A DNA stretch of 63,972 nucleotides, counting the filler, from Reclinomonas americana ATCC 50394 (Eukaryota), in assembly GCA_048213135.1 (NCBI GenBank). It is 15 parts of 15 records of this genome, joined end to end, with 100 filler letters (N's around TTAATTAATTAA, not from the genome) between each part and the next. Parts side by side here need not be neighbours in the genome. Positions count along the whole stretch, not along the records: positions 37,935 to 39,690 come from AFZH01019716.1; positions 39,791 to 46,911 come from AFZH01019717.1; positions 47,012 to 50,427 come from AFZH01019718.1; positions 50,528 to 52,447 come from AFZH01019719.1; 11 more parts are not named here. One strand, 5' to 3'. The notes under the pieces are model-generated. The model was not told the origin of the DNA and made no database searches. It worked only from the letters and a program-made list of their open reading frames with translations. How positions within the stretch are numbered: the first letter of the stretch is position 1; every line of letters begins with the position of its first letter. Below, in pieces: positions 38,344 through 51,010 of the stretch. Both the position numbers and the translations under genes were made by a program.

Positions 38344-41037
38344 TCATGGAGTGGCTGAGGATGCAGCGGCACTGCCACTTGGCTGAAAGAAAGCTGCAGC
38401 GGCTTGGCGGTACAGGTCTGCGTTGCGGCGGTCGCGCTCTTCGTCAGTCTCGTCTTCCAGGAGAAGTGTAGCGGCGCCACGCGGACGCGACGCGGCCTGA
38501 ATGAATACACAGCACGCGGTGAGAGGCAGCACTCCCGAACAGAGCAAAAAGCGATGACAAGCAAGAGAGCTCACTGACAGAGATTAACGAGCGAGCACAC
38601 AGCGTGATAAGGTGCACTCTGGTCTCCAGAGGAGCGCGCTTTTGCTGGCAGTCTCGCGTGCAGAGTACAAAAGTGCCAAACAGCTCAAGAAACCCCCTTG
38701 GAAGAGAGAGAGAATCAAATGACGAAACTGCGCTCATTGTACCGGCCGACACCGTGACTTCGGCAGCAGGCGGCTCCTCCAGTGCAACGTCGCGCGCAAA
38801 GTGTGCGTAATCCCTTGCCTTGCGGACCTCGGTGCGTTGCCCGCCAACGCGTCGTTCTTGGCCCTGACCCATCCGAATTGCCTTGCGGTGGGGGCGATCA
38901 GAATTGTGAGCATACGGCGGGCGTGACAGTGACAAACAACGCAAGATGCAAGATGGACATACTCCTATCATCATCACTCAACTTCCGCATCGCGATGCAA
39001 ATCGTCGACAAACTCCTGGCGCGTCTCGGGAGCAATGGTCTCGATGCGATTGATCTTGCCGTCAATCATGTAGACGACACGATGTGCGAGATTCTTCACA
39101 TTGGGGTCGTGTGTGACCATCACCAGTGTGATGCCTGGGTGGGGCGTGAGGAAGCTTGCGTCGAGAGGGGAAAAAAGCGACAAAGTAAAGGACGCGAACC
39201 GTCTCTGTTCAACTCGGCCAACATGTCGAGCACAATGAGCGTGTTGCGTGAGTCGAGATCGCCAGTGGGCTGTTGCACGAGAGAATGAGCGTCCTTGGCA
39301 CTCGTATTAACTCTGTCTCTCGCTCACACACCTCATCCAACAGCAACAATTCCGGCCCGTTGGCCAGCGACCGAGCAATGGTCACACGCTGCTGCTCTCC
39401 GCCAGAGAGCATCGACGGCAAATGGTTCGTGCGCTTCTCCATGCCGAAGCGATCCAACAACGCTGCAGCAGAGATAAGCACAACCACGACAGTGAAGCGC
39501 AGCCGCAGTGGCAGACGCAACCCAGAGCGCGCCGATTCCGATGCCGCCGGTCCAACCGCCCGTCGAGAATCATCGGCATCTCCACGTTCTCCAGCGCAGT
39601 CAACGACGAGAGGAGATTGAAGGTTTGGAATACAAATCCGCTGCGCAGCTGGTGAGTGACGAGAGAGAGAGAGAGAGAGAGGAAGGAAGANNNNNNNNNN
39701 NNNNNNNNNNNNNNNNNNNNNNNNNNNNNNNNNNTTAATTAATTAANNNNNNNNNNNNNNNNNNNNNNNNNNNNNNNNNNNNNNNNNNNNAAAATGGAGT
39801 GAGGAAGGGAGGAAGGATGAACAGAAGCAGCAAATATCCGCAGTTAAGTTAGAGTGAAGCACAACTCAACGAAAACGCACGCTCAAGATCAAAGGCACAA
39901 CTCAGCAGTTCAGAGACCACGAGAAGGAGAAGCTCACTTGTCAACCCCTTTCTCTCCTCGCTGTGCTTGCAGCAGATGTCACCGTTCTTCAAGCATTCTC
40001 TCTCTTCTGCGCAAGACTGACGGCACAATGCAGAGCGCTCAGCAGTTCAGAGACCCCGTGGAAGCTGATCACGAGGAGAAGCTCACTTGTCACCCCCTTC
40101 CTCTCCTCACTCTGCTTGCAACATATGCGTCCTGTCATCGTTCTCCAAGCATTCTCTCTCTTCTGCACAAGACTGAAGACACGACCAGAGCGCTCAGCAG
40201 TTCAGAAACCACGTGGAAGCTGAGCACGAGGAGGAGAAGCTCACTTGTCAACGCCTTCCTCTCCTCACTCTGCTTGCAGCACATGTCACTGTTGTTCAAG
40301 CTTTCTCTCTCTTCTGCGCAAAACTGACGGCACAATGCAGAGCGCTCAGCAGTTCAGAGACCCCGTGGAAGCTGATCACGAGGAGAAGCTCACTTGAACC
40401 CCTTTCTCTCCTCGCTCTGCTTGCAGCACATGCGTCCTGTCATCATTCTCCAAGCTTTCTCTCTCTTCTGCACAAGACTGAAGACACGATACAGAGTGCT
40501 AAGCACTTCAGAGACCGCGTGAAAGCTGATTACGAGGAGGAGAAGCTCACTTGTCAACCCCTTCCTCTCCTCGCTCTGCTTGCAGCACATGTCATTGCGC
40601 TTCAAGCTTTCTCTCGCTTCTGCGCAAGACCAGAGCGCCCAGCAGTTCAGAAACTACAAGAGGAGAAGTGAGCTCACTTGTCTCTCCTCGCACTGCTTGC
40701 AACATACGCGTCTTCTGCTCATTCTCCAAGCAATCTCTCTCTCTCTCACTCTCTCTCCCTCTCCCCTCTCCCCACCCCGCCTGACTCACCGCAACGCAGG
40801 CACTCCCTCCACTCCCAACAGATAAGTCTTGTGCACATTCTCCAAGCGAATCAACACCTCATCGCTGCCCTCTGCCCCACCACCGTGTGGCCGCCGCCGA
40901 TGCCGCACCGAGTCCTCCTCATCACCACCACTTTTGCTTACCACACGTGCACTTCCCGAACCACTCGGTTGCTCGGCATCGTCATCGTGCGGGTGGTCGC
41001 CACTGGACGAGATATCATCGCGCAGCCGAGTGTGCAT
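38344..41037 (-). CDS. Stand-alone ABC ATPase, LolD/MacB/FtsE-like (AbcH type); Walker A exon(s) lost in the gap
   Basis: [83 protein letters not shown], and tail TEVRKARDY. No transmembrane domain. Confidence 0.9.
39860..40720. repeat. Intronic tandem repeat (~153-bp monomer, 307-bp dimer) in the ABC gene
   Basis: cagagcgctcagcagttcaga starts at 40031, 40186 and 40338, with degenerate copies on either side. Confidence 0.9.
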
Positions 41038-41232
41038 CGATTCTTGTGGTGGTCGGAGGACACGTGCGAGCTTCGTCGCCGGCTTTTCTTCGTTGTTTTT
41101 TCGCGCGCGTTTCGTGCCGTCTTATCGCTGCACGCTGCGTGCGTATAACACTTTCACCGTGCAGCTTCGACACTAAAGCGATGAGATAAGAAGCAACTTC
41201 GATCAGGACACGCGCAACTTCGTGATCATAGC

Positions 41233-43183
41233 ATGGAGAACGCGGTGCCGCTTGTGTGGGACCAGCGACGAGAGCTGCGACCGCTGTTTGCCGACTGTCT
41301 GGCGCCACCCATAGTTACTCATGGCATCGCCGTCAGCGTCACTCTCTTTTGTGACTCATGTGCATGGCAGAATGGATCGGTGTGGTATCTCGTGGAGTGG
41401 GGCTGGTGGCAGAGCTTGAAGACGTATCTCATGCTGTCGCTGCCGGACTCGGATGAATCCGAGCCTCCTTGTGGTGCGTGCGTATGTGTGAGAGAGAGAG
41501 AGAGTGCTGCTGTTCTCCACGTTCTGTTTCCCACTCGTGGCACGCAGTCAACCCTGGTCCTGTCGACAACCAGTCGCTGATTGCACGAGTGTGCGACAGT
41601 GGGTTTGCTGTGTTGAAGAACAGCTGCAGCTACGGTGTGCATTTTGGACTTGTCACCGAGGCATTGTGGCTGAAGCTCGTCGCATGGTGCGCCTATTGTG
41701 ACAGAGCGCGCGCGCTCTCTCTGTCGCTCGCACGCTCACTCTGTTGCGCTCCAGGTATGGCGGCGGTCCGGCCATGCGACGGGAAGCGCGAGTGGTATCG
41801 CCGGAGGGCGTCGCGCAAGTGGAGGTGCAGCCGCTGTGTCTTCAGTGCCGGCTGGCGCGACGGCCGTCGGAGACTCGTGACTTGGTGTTCTCCAAGGCCG
41901 CCACGCTGCGCGAGGTCATGGAGGGCATCAAGGCGTCGTTTGGCGAGGTCGAGAACGCTGAATCGCGCCTGTGGTTGTTTGACGGGCGCTTCTCGTATCG
42001 GCAGGTGCCCGCGCGCTCGATGGATAGATGCTTGTACTCGATGCACGGCTTGCCGGTCAGCGATGTGTTCTATGTGGTCGACACGATGGCAGACGACGGC
42101 TCGTGGACTCTGGCCGATGGCCGTGCCGGACCACCACGTACGTGAGATATCGCACTGCATCGCTCTGTGCTTGCCGCATTCACATGTTGCTCGGGGTTTT
42201 TGTGTGTACGTGCAGCCGCGATGGCTGCCCCTAGTTATTCGGGAGCTGGCCCGAGCATGGGGCGCGGAATTGGGTTCGGTTTCGGTCGTGGGCGTGGTGG
42301 TGGGTTTGGCAGAGGATTCGGGGCCGCTAGCGAGGTGGTGAACAATCGTGGAGATTCAGGGCCGTCGCTACTGTCGGATCCTCGAGCTGCTTTGCTCGAC
42401 ATTAGGCGACAGGGTCTGGTCATGATCAGCAGGCGGGTGGCTGCCGGCAGCGGCAACGGCGGCGGCGGCGGTGGCGGCGAGAATGAGATCGACGGTGCGC
42501 GTGGGTCACACTCTCCACGGCGATATGGCGATGTGCGTTTTAGTCCACCATCTCCACCACGGCATCCACCGTCCCCATGGCGTCCGCCATCTCCACCTTT
42601 CCCGCCACCCTCGGTCAGCGCGTTGGCGTCGGAGGCTGGCCCGCCGCCTCCACTGATGTATCGATTACCGAATCCATCGCCTGCACCTGGAAATGATCGT
42701 GAGCGGAGCGTTGATAATCCATTTGCCGGCAGCAATCAGCCTTCCGGTATCCCTCCATGGCGTATGGCCGGTGCTGCTGCTGCTGCTGCTGCGGCGGCAG
42801 CAGCGGCAGCGGCATCGGCGGCGACAGCGGCGGTTGGAAATGAGCGGAGCACCTTTGCCGGCGGCATGCGCAGCGTTCCAAACCCGTTTGCGTCTCTCGC
42901 CACTGCAGATGCGCCGTCGGAATCGGAGGATGCGAATGTACTGGCCTTGCGAGACCGGCGATTGTGGATGCACGAAGTGCAGCTGAGAGCGACAGTTGAC
43001 GCTCACGAACGCGAAACTCGCCGGTTACGTGAGCAGTTGGAGGAACAGAGACGAATCACGGCGGAGCGCGTGGCGGAGAATGAGGCACTGCGGGCGCAGT
43101 TGAGTGTGGCACAGACTACTATTGCGGTGCTGGAAGCGCAGGTTCTCCGACTGTCGGCGAACCGTGGCGGTGGGACACAGTGA
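41233..43183 (+). CDS. DUSP + ubiquitin-like domain protein (USP4/11/15 N-terminal module) with a Gly/Pro-rich tail and coiled coil; no peptidase domain
   Basis: WYLVEWGWWQSLKTY...NPGPVDNQSL...FGLVTEALWLKLVAW|YGGGPAMRR...VEVQPL...FSKAATLREV...RLW...DGSW. Confidence 0.85.
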
Positions 43184-43365
43184 ATGCGTATTGTGAGACC
43201 CGTCATGTTTGTGGTGTCTGCCGGGTTTGTGTGTCTTGTTTATATTTTCTTTTCCTTGTCAGTGAGAGAGAGCAGGGAGAGCAGGGTAGAAGTGATAATC
43301 CTCGCACTCTCGCCATTGTTCTCGCTCAGTCTTTCTCCTTCCCTTGTTTGCAACCATTCTTGGTG

Positions 43366-44615
43366 ATGACAGCCATGAGCATGTCGGAGTTTCACGGCCG
43401 TGAGGATGCGTCGATTGTGCATGCGCAACGGCAGCTGGTGAGGGAACTCCTGGCCGTGCAACCACAGGTGCGTCTCTGTACCCCGAGGCCCGGGCGCTGT
43501 AGCAATCTCTTTCTCACCCCAACATTTTCTTCTTCGCGACTGCAGCTCGACACCGCGTGGTTTGTCGTGGAGATCCAGTGGTTCCAGAGGTTTCTCAATC
43601 ACGCCAGACTGGACTTGTCGGAGGACGACGACTGGGAGTCGGTCGCCGGAGGTGAGGAGAGAGTGCCGGGATGCATGGGGTGGTGTCGTCCGGTTTTTGT
43701 TTGACATTTTCGTGGTGTGTTCGGATCAAGATCATCCGGGGCCGATCGCCAATCACTCGCTTGTGCGCCGGGTCGACGCGGATGGTTATGTGGAGCTGAA
43801 GTCACAACTCTTTGACTCGGTGGACTTTGTCACCGTTTGCGAGCGACTGTGGGAACTGCTGTTCGAATGGTTTGTGTCTGACAGCATTGCCGTGAAAGGA
43901 TTGGCATCGCTTATACTTACACACTCGCACACAGGTTCGGTGGTGGGCCAACCATTGTGCGCCCAGTGATCTCTGTGGGACGACACTCTGCGCCACAGAT
44001 CGAGACGTATCCGCTCACGCTCAAGGTCATGCTGTGCTCGACACTGTTTGCTGGTCGCGCCAATCCCGTCCACCTCCGATGCTCTCGCGGTGACCCGCTG
44101 CGCGCCGTTCTCGGCTCAATGAGAGCGCTGCTGGGAGTCGACGAGGATGCCGAGGTGCGCGTGTGGCTAACAATCACGACGCTGGTGCGAGGCGGGACTT
44201 CGTACACGCTCGCGCGCGCACTGACGACCACGGCGGCCGACATGGACAGGCCACTGAGCGACGTGGGCGTTGAGACTGGAGAGACCGTTGTTCTGGACGT
44301 CAAGGCGCCCGAGAGCCACAGTCAGTGGACGCTGTCGGAAGGTGTGTGTGTGTGTGTGCATGTGAGGGGGCAGGCAGCAGTCCACCACTGACCGGTGCGG
44401 TGCATGCAGCGCTGTGTGGACGCGAGTTGGCGAAAACACAGCATGGCCCCGCCGCGTACATTTGCTCCATGCGGTCGCCGCAGTCAGTCGTCGTCGATGT
44501 GGCGGATTACGATGAGGAGGAGTACGATGCGGCCGTGCGATTGCAGTACGTGGAACTGTATCGCCAACTCTGTCTCTCCTCGGGATCCGGATCTGCGTCG
44601 GAAGAGGAGTGTTAG
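43366..44615 (+). CDS. Second DUSP + ubiquitin-like domain protein; no peptidase domain
   Basis: AWFVVEIQWFQRFLNH...HPGPIANHSL...DFVTVCERLWELLFEW|FGGGPTIVRPVI...IETYPLTLKV...VRVW...LSDVGVETGETVVLDV. TAG at 44613-44615. Confidence 0.85.
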
Positions 44616-44714
44616 CTATAGGGTGGCGGTGGGTAATGAAGCGGAGAGTCGCATCGCAACACGACAAGCTTTCCAGTGTTCAACCTCACCATCAATGACG
44701 ACGCTTCCACTGCT

Positions 44715-45130
44715 CCTGGCTATGGCCTTTTCCCGAATTTGATGTGCCGTGTACGATCGCAGAAACGCCAAGCGTCTATGCAAGTGCGTCAAATCCACTG
44801 TTCACCCACGCTGTGGTGAAGTCGACTTGTTCGGATCCGAGAGTAAACAACCACGCTTATGCGGTGAAGATCGCAGTTCTCGACTTGTTCGGAGCTCCGA
44901 GAGCGAACACCCACCCACAAGGAACCTGCTGCTGCCTCAAGATTGGTGTCTGTGTTGATGTTTTGGATACGGTTGAACTTGGTCAGTTGCTTGTTTGTTG
45001 GTGAATGAATTCGTTGTTGTTATAATTACACACACACACAAGAAACCTGCTGCTGTATGGTTGGACTTGGTCCGCAAGCCTGCAGTTGCTTGTTTGTTTG
45101 TTGGTGAATGAATATTTGTTGTTGATAGTA
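44715..45130 (+). repeat. Dispersed intergenic repeat, copy 2 (with internal duplications)
   Basis: Homologous to 29991-30280. The cgacttgttcgga..ccgagag and aacctgctgctg..ggtt.gacttggtc segments are each present twice. Confidence 0.85.
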
Positions 45131-45207
45131 TAACAGCGGCACTTTCTTGTTTTGCAGTTATGTAGACGGTGCACCAAAAAAAACGCCAGCCAACATTTAC
45201 AGTTCGC

Positions 45208-45309
45208 ATGGCCTTCGTGGCGACACAACGGTCTCGGCAAAGGGCGGAAGCCGAGTCATTGTATGCCACCAAACACGCCGCTGTTCTCGTTGCGCATGAG
45301 ACACACAGA

Positions 45310-45342
<33 letters not shown>

Positions 45343-45990
45343 TGACGCGTATGTATGTGTGTGCCTCAGGGAGAGTGTGTGTGTGAGTGTGTGTGAGAGG
45401 GAGGGCGAGTGTGTGTGAGTGTGTGAGCGAGAGAGGGAGAGTGTCTGAGAGAGAGGGTGCGCATCTGTGTGTTCTGTCAGCTACGTGCACACACACGCAC
45501 AAGAGTAGTCATGTGTATGTGTGTGTAAAAGAGAGAGAGAGTGTGTGAGAGAGAGAGAGACACACACACAGAGAGGAGCAGATGAGATTGAGAAAGTGTA
45601 ATTGAATGTCGAGTGATCGTTATTTTTCACACACTCACTCACACTCACTTACTCACATGATTGATAGGAATCGGATCCGTCTCACGCGGCCGTGCGCAAC
45701 GAGTATCGTCAGGTGTTAGTTGAGGATCCGCGGACTGGACGACGCGCGCCACTGGTGGCTGGCATTCTTCAGCATGCGTGGATGGAGGGAGATGGGGAGC
45801 AGCAGCAGCAGCAGCAGCAGTCGGCGACGGCGAGAGGGCGGAGACCGCAGACGAGTTGCGTGAGAGGGAGAGGGAATGAGAAGGAGGGGATGGAGGGGAA
45901 GGAGGGGAAGGAGGGGAAGAGACGGTGTGCGTTTGTGGACCTTTGCTTGTGCGTTCGCTAGTTTGGATCGTTGTGTCGCAGCCTCACGTT

Positions 45991-46026
<36 letters not shown>

Positions 46027-47961
46027 CAGACAGAGAGGAGGAGAGAGAGAAGGAGGGAAGACAAGGAGGGCAAGAGAAGGAGTGCAAGAGGCGAGACGGG
46101 AGACGGTGTGCGTTTGTGGACCTTTGTGTGTTCGCTTGCTTGGATCGCTGTGTCGCAGCCTCACGTTGAGTGTGTCTGTGTGTACGTGAGAGAGAGAGAG
46201 AGAGGAGAGAGGGAGAATGAGAGGGAGGAAAGGCAAGGAGGAGAATGAAAGCTAGAGGCGAGACAACAGACGGTGTTCGTTTGTGGTCCTTTCCCTCTTT
46301 GTGTTCGTTCGTTTGGATGGCTGTGTCGCGGCCTCACGTTGAGTGAGTGTGTGTGTGTGAGAGAGAGAGAGAGAGACAGAGAGGAGGAGAGAGAGAAGGA
46401 GGAAAACAAGGAGGGCAAGAGGCGAGACAGGAGACGGTGTGCGTTTTTGGTCCTTTCCCTGTTTGTTCGCTTGCTTGGATCGCTGTGTCGCAACCTCACG
46501 TTGAGCGTGTCTGTGTGTGCGAGAGAGAGAGAGAGAGGAGAGAGGGAGAAGGAGGAAAACAAGGAGGGCAAGAGGCGAGACAGGAGACGGTGTGCGTTTG
46601 TGGTCCTTTCCCTGTTTGTGTTCGCTTGCTTGGTTCGCTGTATCACGGCCTCGCGTAGAGTGTGCTGTGTGTGAGAGAGAGAGAGAAAGAAAGAGGAGAG
46701 AGAGAATGAGAGGGAGGGAGGCGAGACTAGGGTCATGTGCGTTTGTGGCCCTTTCCCTGCTTTTGTTCGCTCGTGTGAATCGCTGGGTCGCAGTGTGTGT
46801 GAGAGAGATGCTCTCTTCGTGTGACCGGACGCGCAACGGCAGCACAGTGACCTGAGTCTTGTCTCTCGTGTTTCCTTCGTTCCCTCTCCCTTCCTCTCTC
46901 TCTCTCTCTCTNNNNNNNNNNNNNNNNNNNNNNNNNNNNNNNNNNNNNNNNNNNNTTAATTAATTAANNNNNNNNNNNNNNNNNNNNNNNNNNNNNNNNN
47001 NNNNNNNNNNNGACCGCAGAGTGCTCGTGCCCGAACACCGAGTGGGGATGAGAACGGAAACGGGGCGGCGGCAGCAGCAGCGCCTCCGTCGGGATCGTTG
47101 TCGGCACGCTCGTCTCATTCGTTCACCACCGCCAGGACAGACAGTTGCGTGTCGACGAGGGGGGGTTAGTGTGACTGTATGCCACCTGCTCACTTTTCGC
47201 CGCCGCGCTGCAGAGGGCGGATCATTACTGCACGACTTTATCATGAAGAATGGCCCGAAGTTGAAGCAAGCGCTGCACAACCAGGCGGTGCGCTCCGAGT
47301 TCGGCACTTTTGAGCCGTGGGAGGAGCCAGGTGCGACAAGAGTGGCAGGGTGATTTGTGTGTGTGTGTGCTGTGATCTTACGTTTTCTCGTGCAGCTCGC
47401 CCGGGTCTCCATCGCCTGCAAGATGACATGAGGAGACTGCGCGCCAGCTCCGAGACGCGGTCCGCCAAGGCACCGCCGGATCCGCTGATCGCCGAGTACT
47501 CCGGTAGCAAGTTGATGGACATGTATGCGAGTCGGAAACTGCCGCCAGGTGGGTGTGGGGGAAAAAGAGAGACACTGGTTGTTTAGGGGTTGATTTCTGT
47601 CACCTTTTGCTCCTCTCTGGCAGCATGCCCCATCGCTCACTTGTTCACCCGCAGGCTACGAGTGGGCACCCGGATCGATCCCCAGCACCGCGAGGTCGCG
47701 AGGCCGCAGCTCGAGTTGCCCTGCGAGTCCCGCCCCCGAGCAAAGGAAACGAGTTGCGAAAATGCCACTTCTACAAAGTGCACCTCCTTTTTTGTCACAA
47801 GATGCTGACACGCACTATTTTCTGTCCGCGCACAGGGCGCGGTGGCACCCACGCAGCGTCACACAATCAAAATCGCCGTCTATCCTGCTCGCCACGGCAT
47901 TGATGGACCACGTGGCGCAAAGGCGGCCAATGGCGGCTCGTCGGCACTCCCACGACAGTGA
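45208..47961 (+). CDS. Hypothetical protein (multi-exon, crosses a gap)
   Basis: Phase-consistent exon chain MAFVATQRSRQ...HAAVL|ESDPSHAAVRNEY...; KGGSLLHDFIMKNGPKLKQAL...; ...GGSSALPRQ*. No domain recognised. Confidence 0.5.
45900..46790. repeat. Intronic tandem repeat (~150-180 bp unit containing GA/GT tracts)
   Basis: gagacggtgtgcgttt.tgg.ccttt...ggatcg.tgtgtcgca.cctcacgttgag recurs about 6 times. Confidence 0.85.
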
Positions 47962-48116
47962 GACGGGTGGCGCGCATTGTTCGTTGTCGTTGTGGTGGTG
48001 TTGTTTTTTGTTCAGTTTGTTGTTGTTTGGAGCGGGGAGACGCTATTTTATTGCCACAGAACGAGAGCAGAGAAAAAGGTGGGCGGATGTGGCAGCAGAT
48101 AAACTTAAAACTGCTG

Positions 48117-49415
48117 TCAGTAGCCGTTCTCGGTGGTGTCGTGAATGTCCTCGACCTTGCGACGCACCCACTCCGGCATGGCACTGCGAGTCGACCACGC
48201 CGACGCACTGTTGAAGAGGGTCGCACGACAGATGGCCAGTGCCACCACGACGGCCAGCAGGGTGGGAATGGCGCCGACAGCAATAGCCAGATGCATGGCG
48301 TAGAAGGCGTGCACGGCGCAGTCGAACGCCGTGCCGAGCACCAGTGTCGGCACCCAGCGCGAGGACGCCCAATCCAGGGACGACCAACTAGGCACAGAGT
48401 TTGTGAGCAGAGTCGATGTGGAGGGGGGGGGGGGCGGCCGTGGGAGGGAGAAGACATACCTGATGACGCGGCGTGCAAACGACGACTCGTTCCACGTAAA
48501 GACGTACGCCAAATGCTGCATGTGCTGCACGACGGCGACCCACCATCCCTGCACATGCATGTTTACGGAATCAGCGCACAAGCTGTCTTCTCTTGTGCTC
48601 CCGGTGACGCGTCCTCACCTTGCCAGTGTACCACCAGGAGGCGAGCACAGTGGCGGTGTCGACGAGGAAGTACGTTCGTTGTCGGATGAGAATTCGTCGT
48701 GGCAGCAAGCGGATTCCTATTGGCAAGAGATGAGACACACACACACAATGGCGAGGAATCTGGCGGTGCGGCTGTGCACAGTGGAGACAAGGGACACATG
48801 CAGATAGTGTGCAGTGGTCGCGCGGGCGAGGTTCTCCAGCTGTGCTGCACATGTTGTCGCGGGCGTCGTGTTTCCGGACACACGTTCGATGGCGGAAAAC
48901 GGGGAGCAGCAATGCCGATGCTCACTTGTGTCACACTCTCGCGCGCACGACTCACCGAGCATCACAACCACATGCGAGATTAGATGGAATAGCTGCGCGC
49001 GTGCGTGTGAGGCGCAAAGTGAGAGTGAGAGGAGAATTTTTTCAAGCATCCTTGCGCGCGCGCGCGCACCTCCAATGTCAGCAAGCTGGCCCCGAGCAGT
49101 GGCACCCACATTGCGTGTGCCGTCTCCACCATGGTGATCAATGCACTTTCGCTCATTCTCTCTCTCTCTCTCTCAATATGTGCGTGTGTGTAAGTTGTCG
49201 TACGCCGGGGGAATTTCGCCCATATAGTCTTCGCGGCCGAGCCAATTGCCGTTTCTTCATTCTTGCAGAAAGGAAACAACGCATGCAGGCCTCTCATTCT
49301 CTCTCTCTCTCTCTCTTAGGTGCGGATGCAGTCGTCGTTATTGTTCGTCTTCTCACGATGACGGTGCGCCTTGCAACTCGGCGCGGAGCTGTCGTGCAAA
49401 GTCGTCGTCGTCTGT
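48117..49415 (-). CDS. Hypothetical membrane protein, 3' part
   Basis: Short minus-strand exons with GT-AG introns, ending HAFYAMHLAIAVGAIPTLLAVVVALAIC...TENGY*. Confidence 0.4.
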
Positions 49416-49567
49416 CAAAGAGGGGGAGAGTGAGAGATGAGGGAGGAGGGGGAGAGGGAGGGAGGGGAGGGAGGGGAGGGAGGGAGGCGGAGAGACGAGA
49501 GTAAGAGCGATGCGAATGAAAAGGACAGCACACGACTGATAAAGTGCACAAGCACGAGGGAGGGAGG

Positions 49568-50427
<860 letters not shown>

Positions 50428-50527
50428 NNNNNNNNNNNNNNNNNNNNNNNNNNNNNNNNNNNNNNNNNNNNTTAATTAATTAANNNNNNNNNNNNNNNNN
50501 NNNNNNNNNNNNNNNNNNNNNNNNNNN

Positions 50528-50837
50528 CCCACCCTTCGTGTCCCTCCAATCGTCGCACTTCTGCGCCACTCCCCAGCGACCACACTCGCACTGTGCTGTC
50601 TCCGCCTCCGCTCACAATGTGCTGGCCATCGAGAGTGACGGCAACAGAGAACACCTCCCCAGTGTGTCCCTCCAGCCTACGCACCTCCTCCCCACTCGCC
50701 AGCGACCACACGCGCACCGTCAAGTCGTAACCTCCACTGACAATGTGCTGGCCGTCGGGTGTGACGGCCACAGCAAGTACCTCCCGGGTGTGACCGCGCA
50801 GGCACTTGCTCAGGAGGGGAGTGGGAGATGAAGCCAT
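50528..50837 (-). CDS. Intronless WD40-repeat protein, array copy (5' part, truncated by a gap)
   Basis: MASSPTPLLSKCLRGHTREVLAVAVTPDGQHIVSGGYDLTVRVWSL... Confidence 0.9.
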
Positions 50838-51010
50838 GCACAGGGAAGACAGGAGACAGGGGAGCACGGAGAGAGGAGTGCGTTTCTTCGACGAGATGAC
50901 GTATGAGTGTGATTGCACGGGACGCGAGGGACTCGATGTTCCTTGTACTTTCATCTCGGCCGTGAGAGACATGACGTTGATGACAGAGGCACGAAGAAAA
51001 AAGGCTTCAT

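Noticed and set aside
39860..40720. Regularly spaced repeats resembling a CRISPR array
   Set aside because: Whole units are homologous with no unique spacers, they are intronic in a eukaryotic gene, and no cas genes are present.
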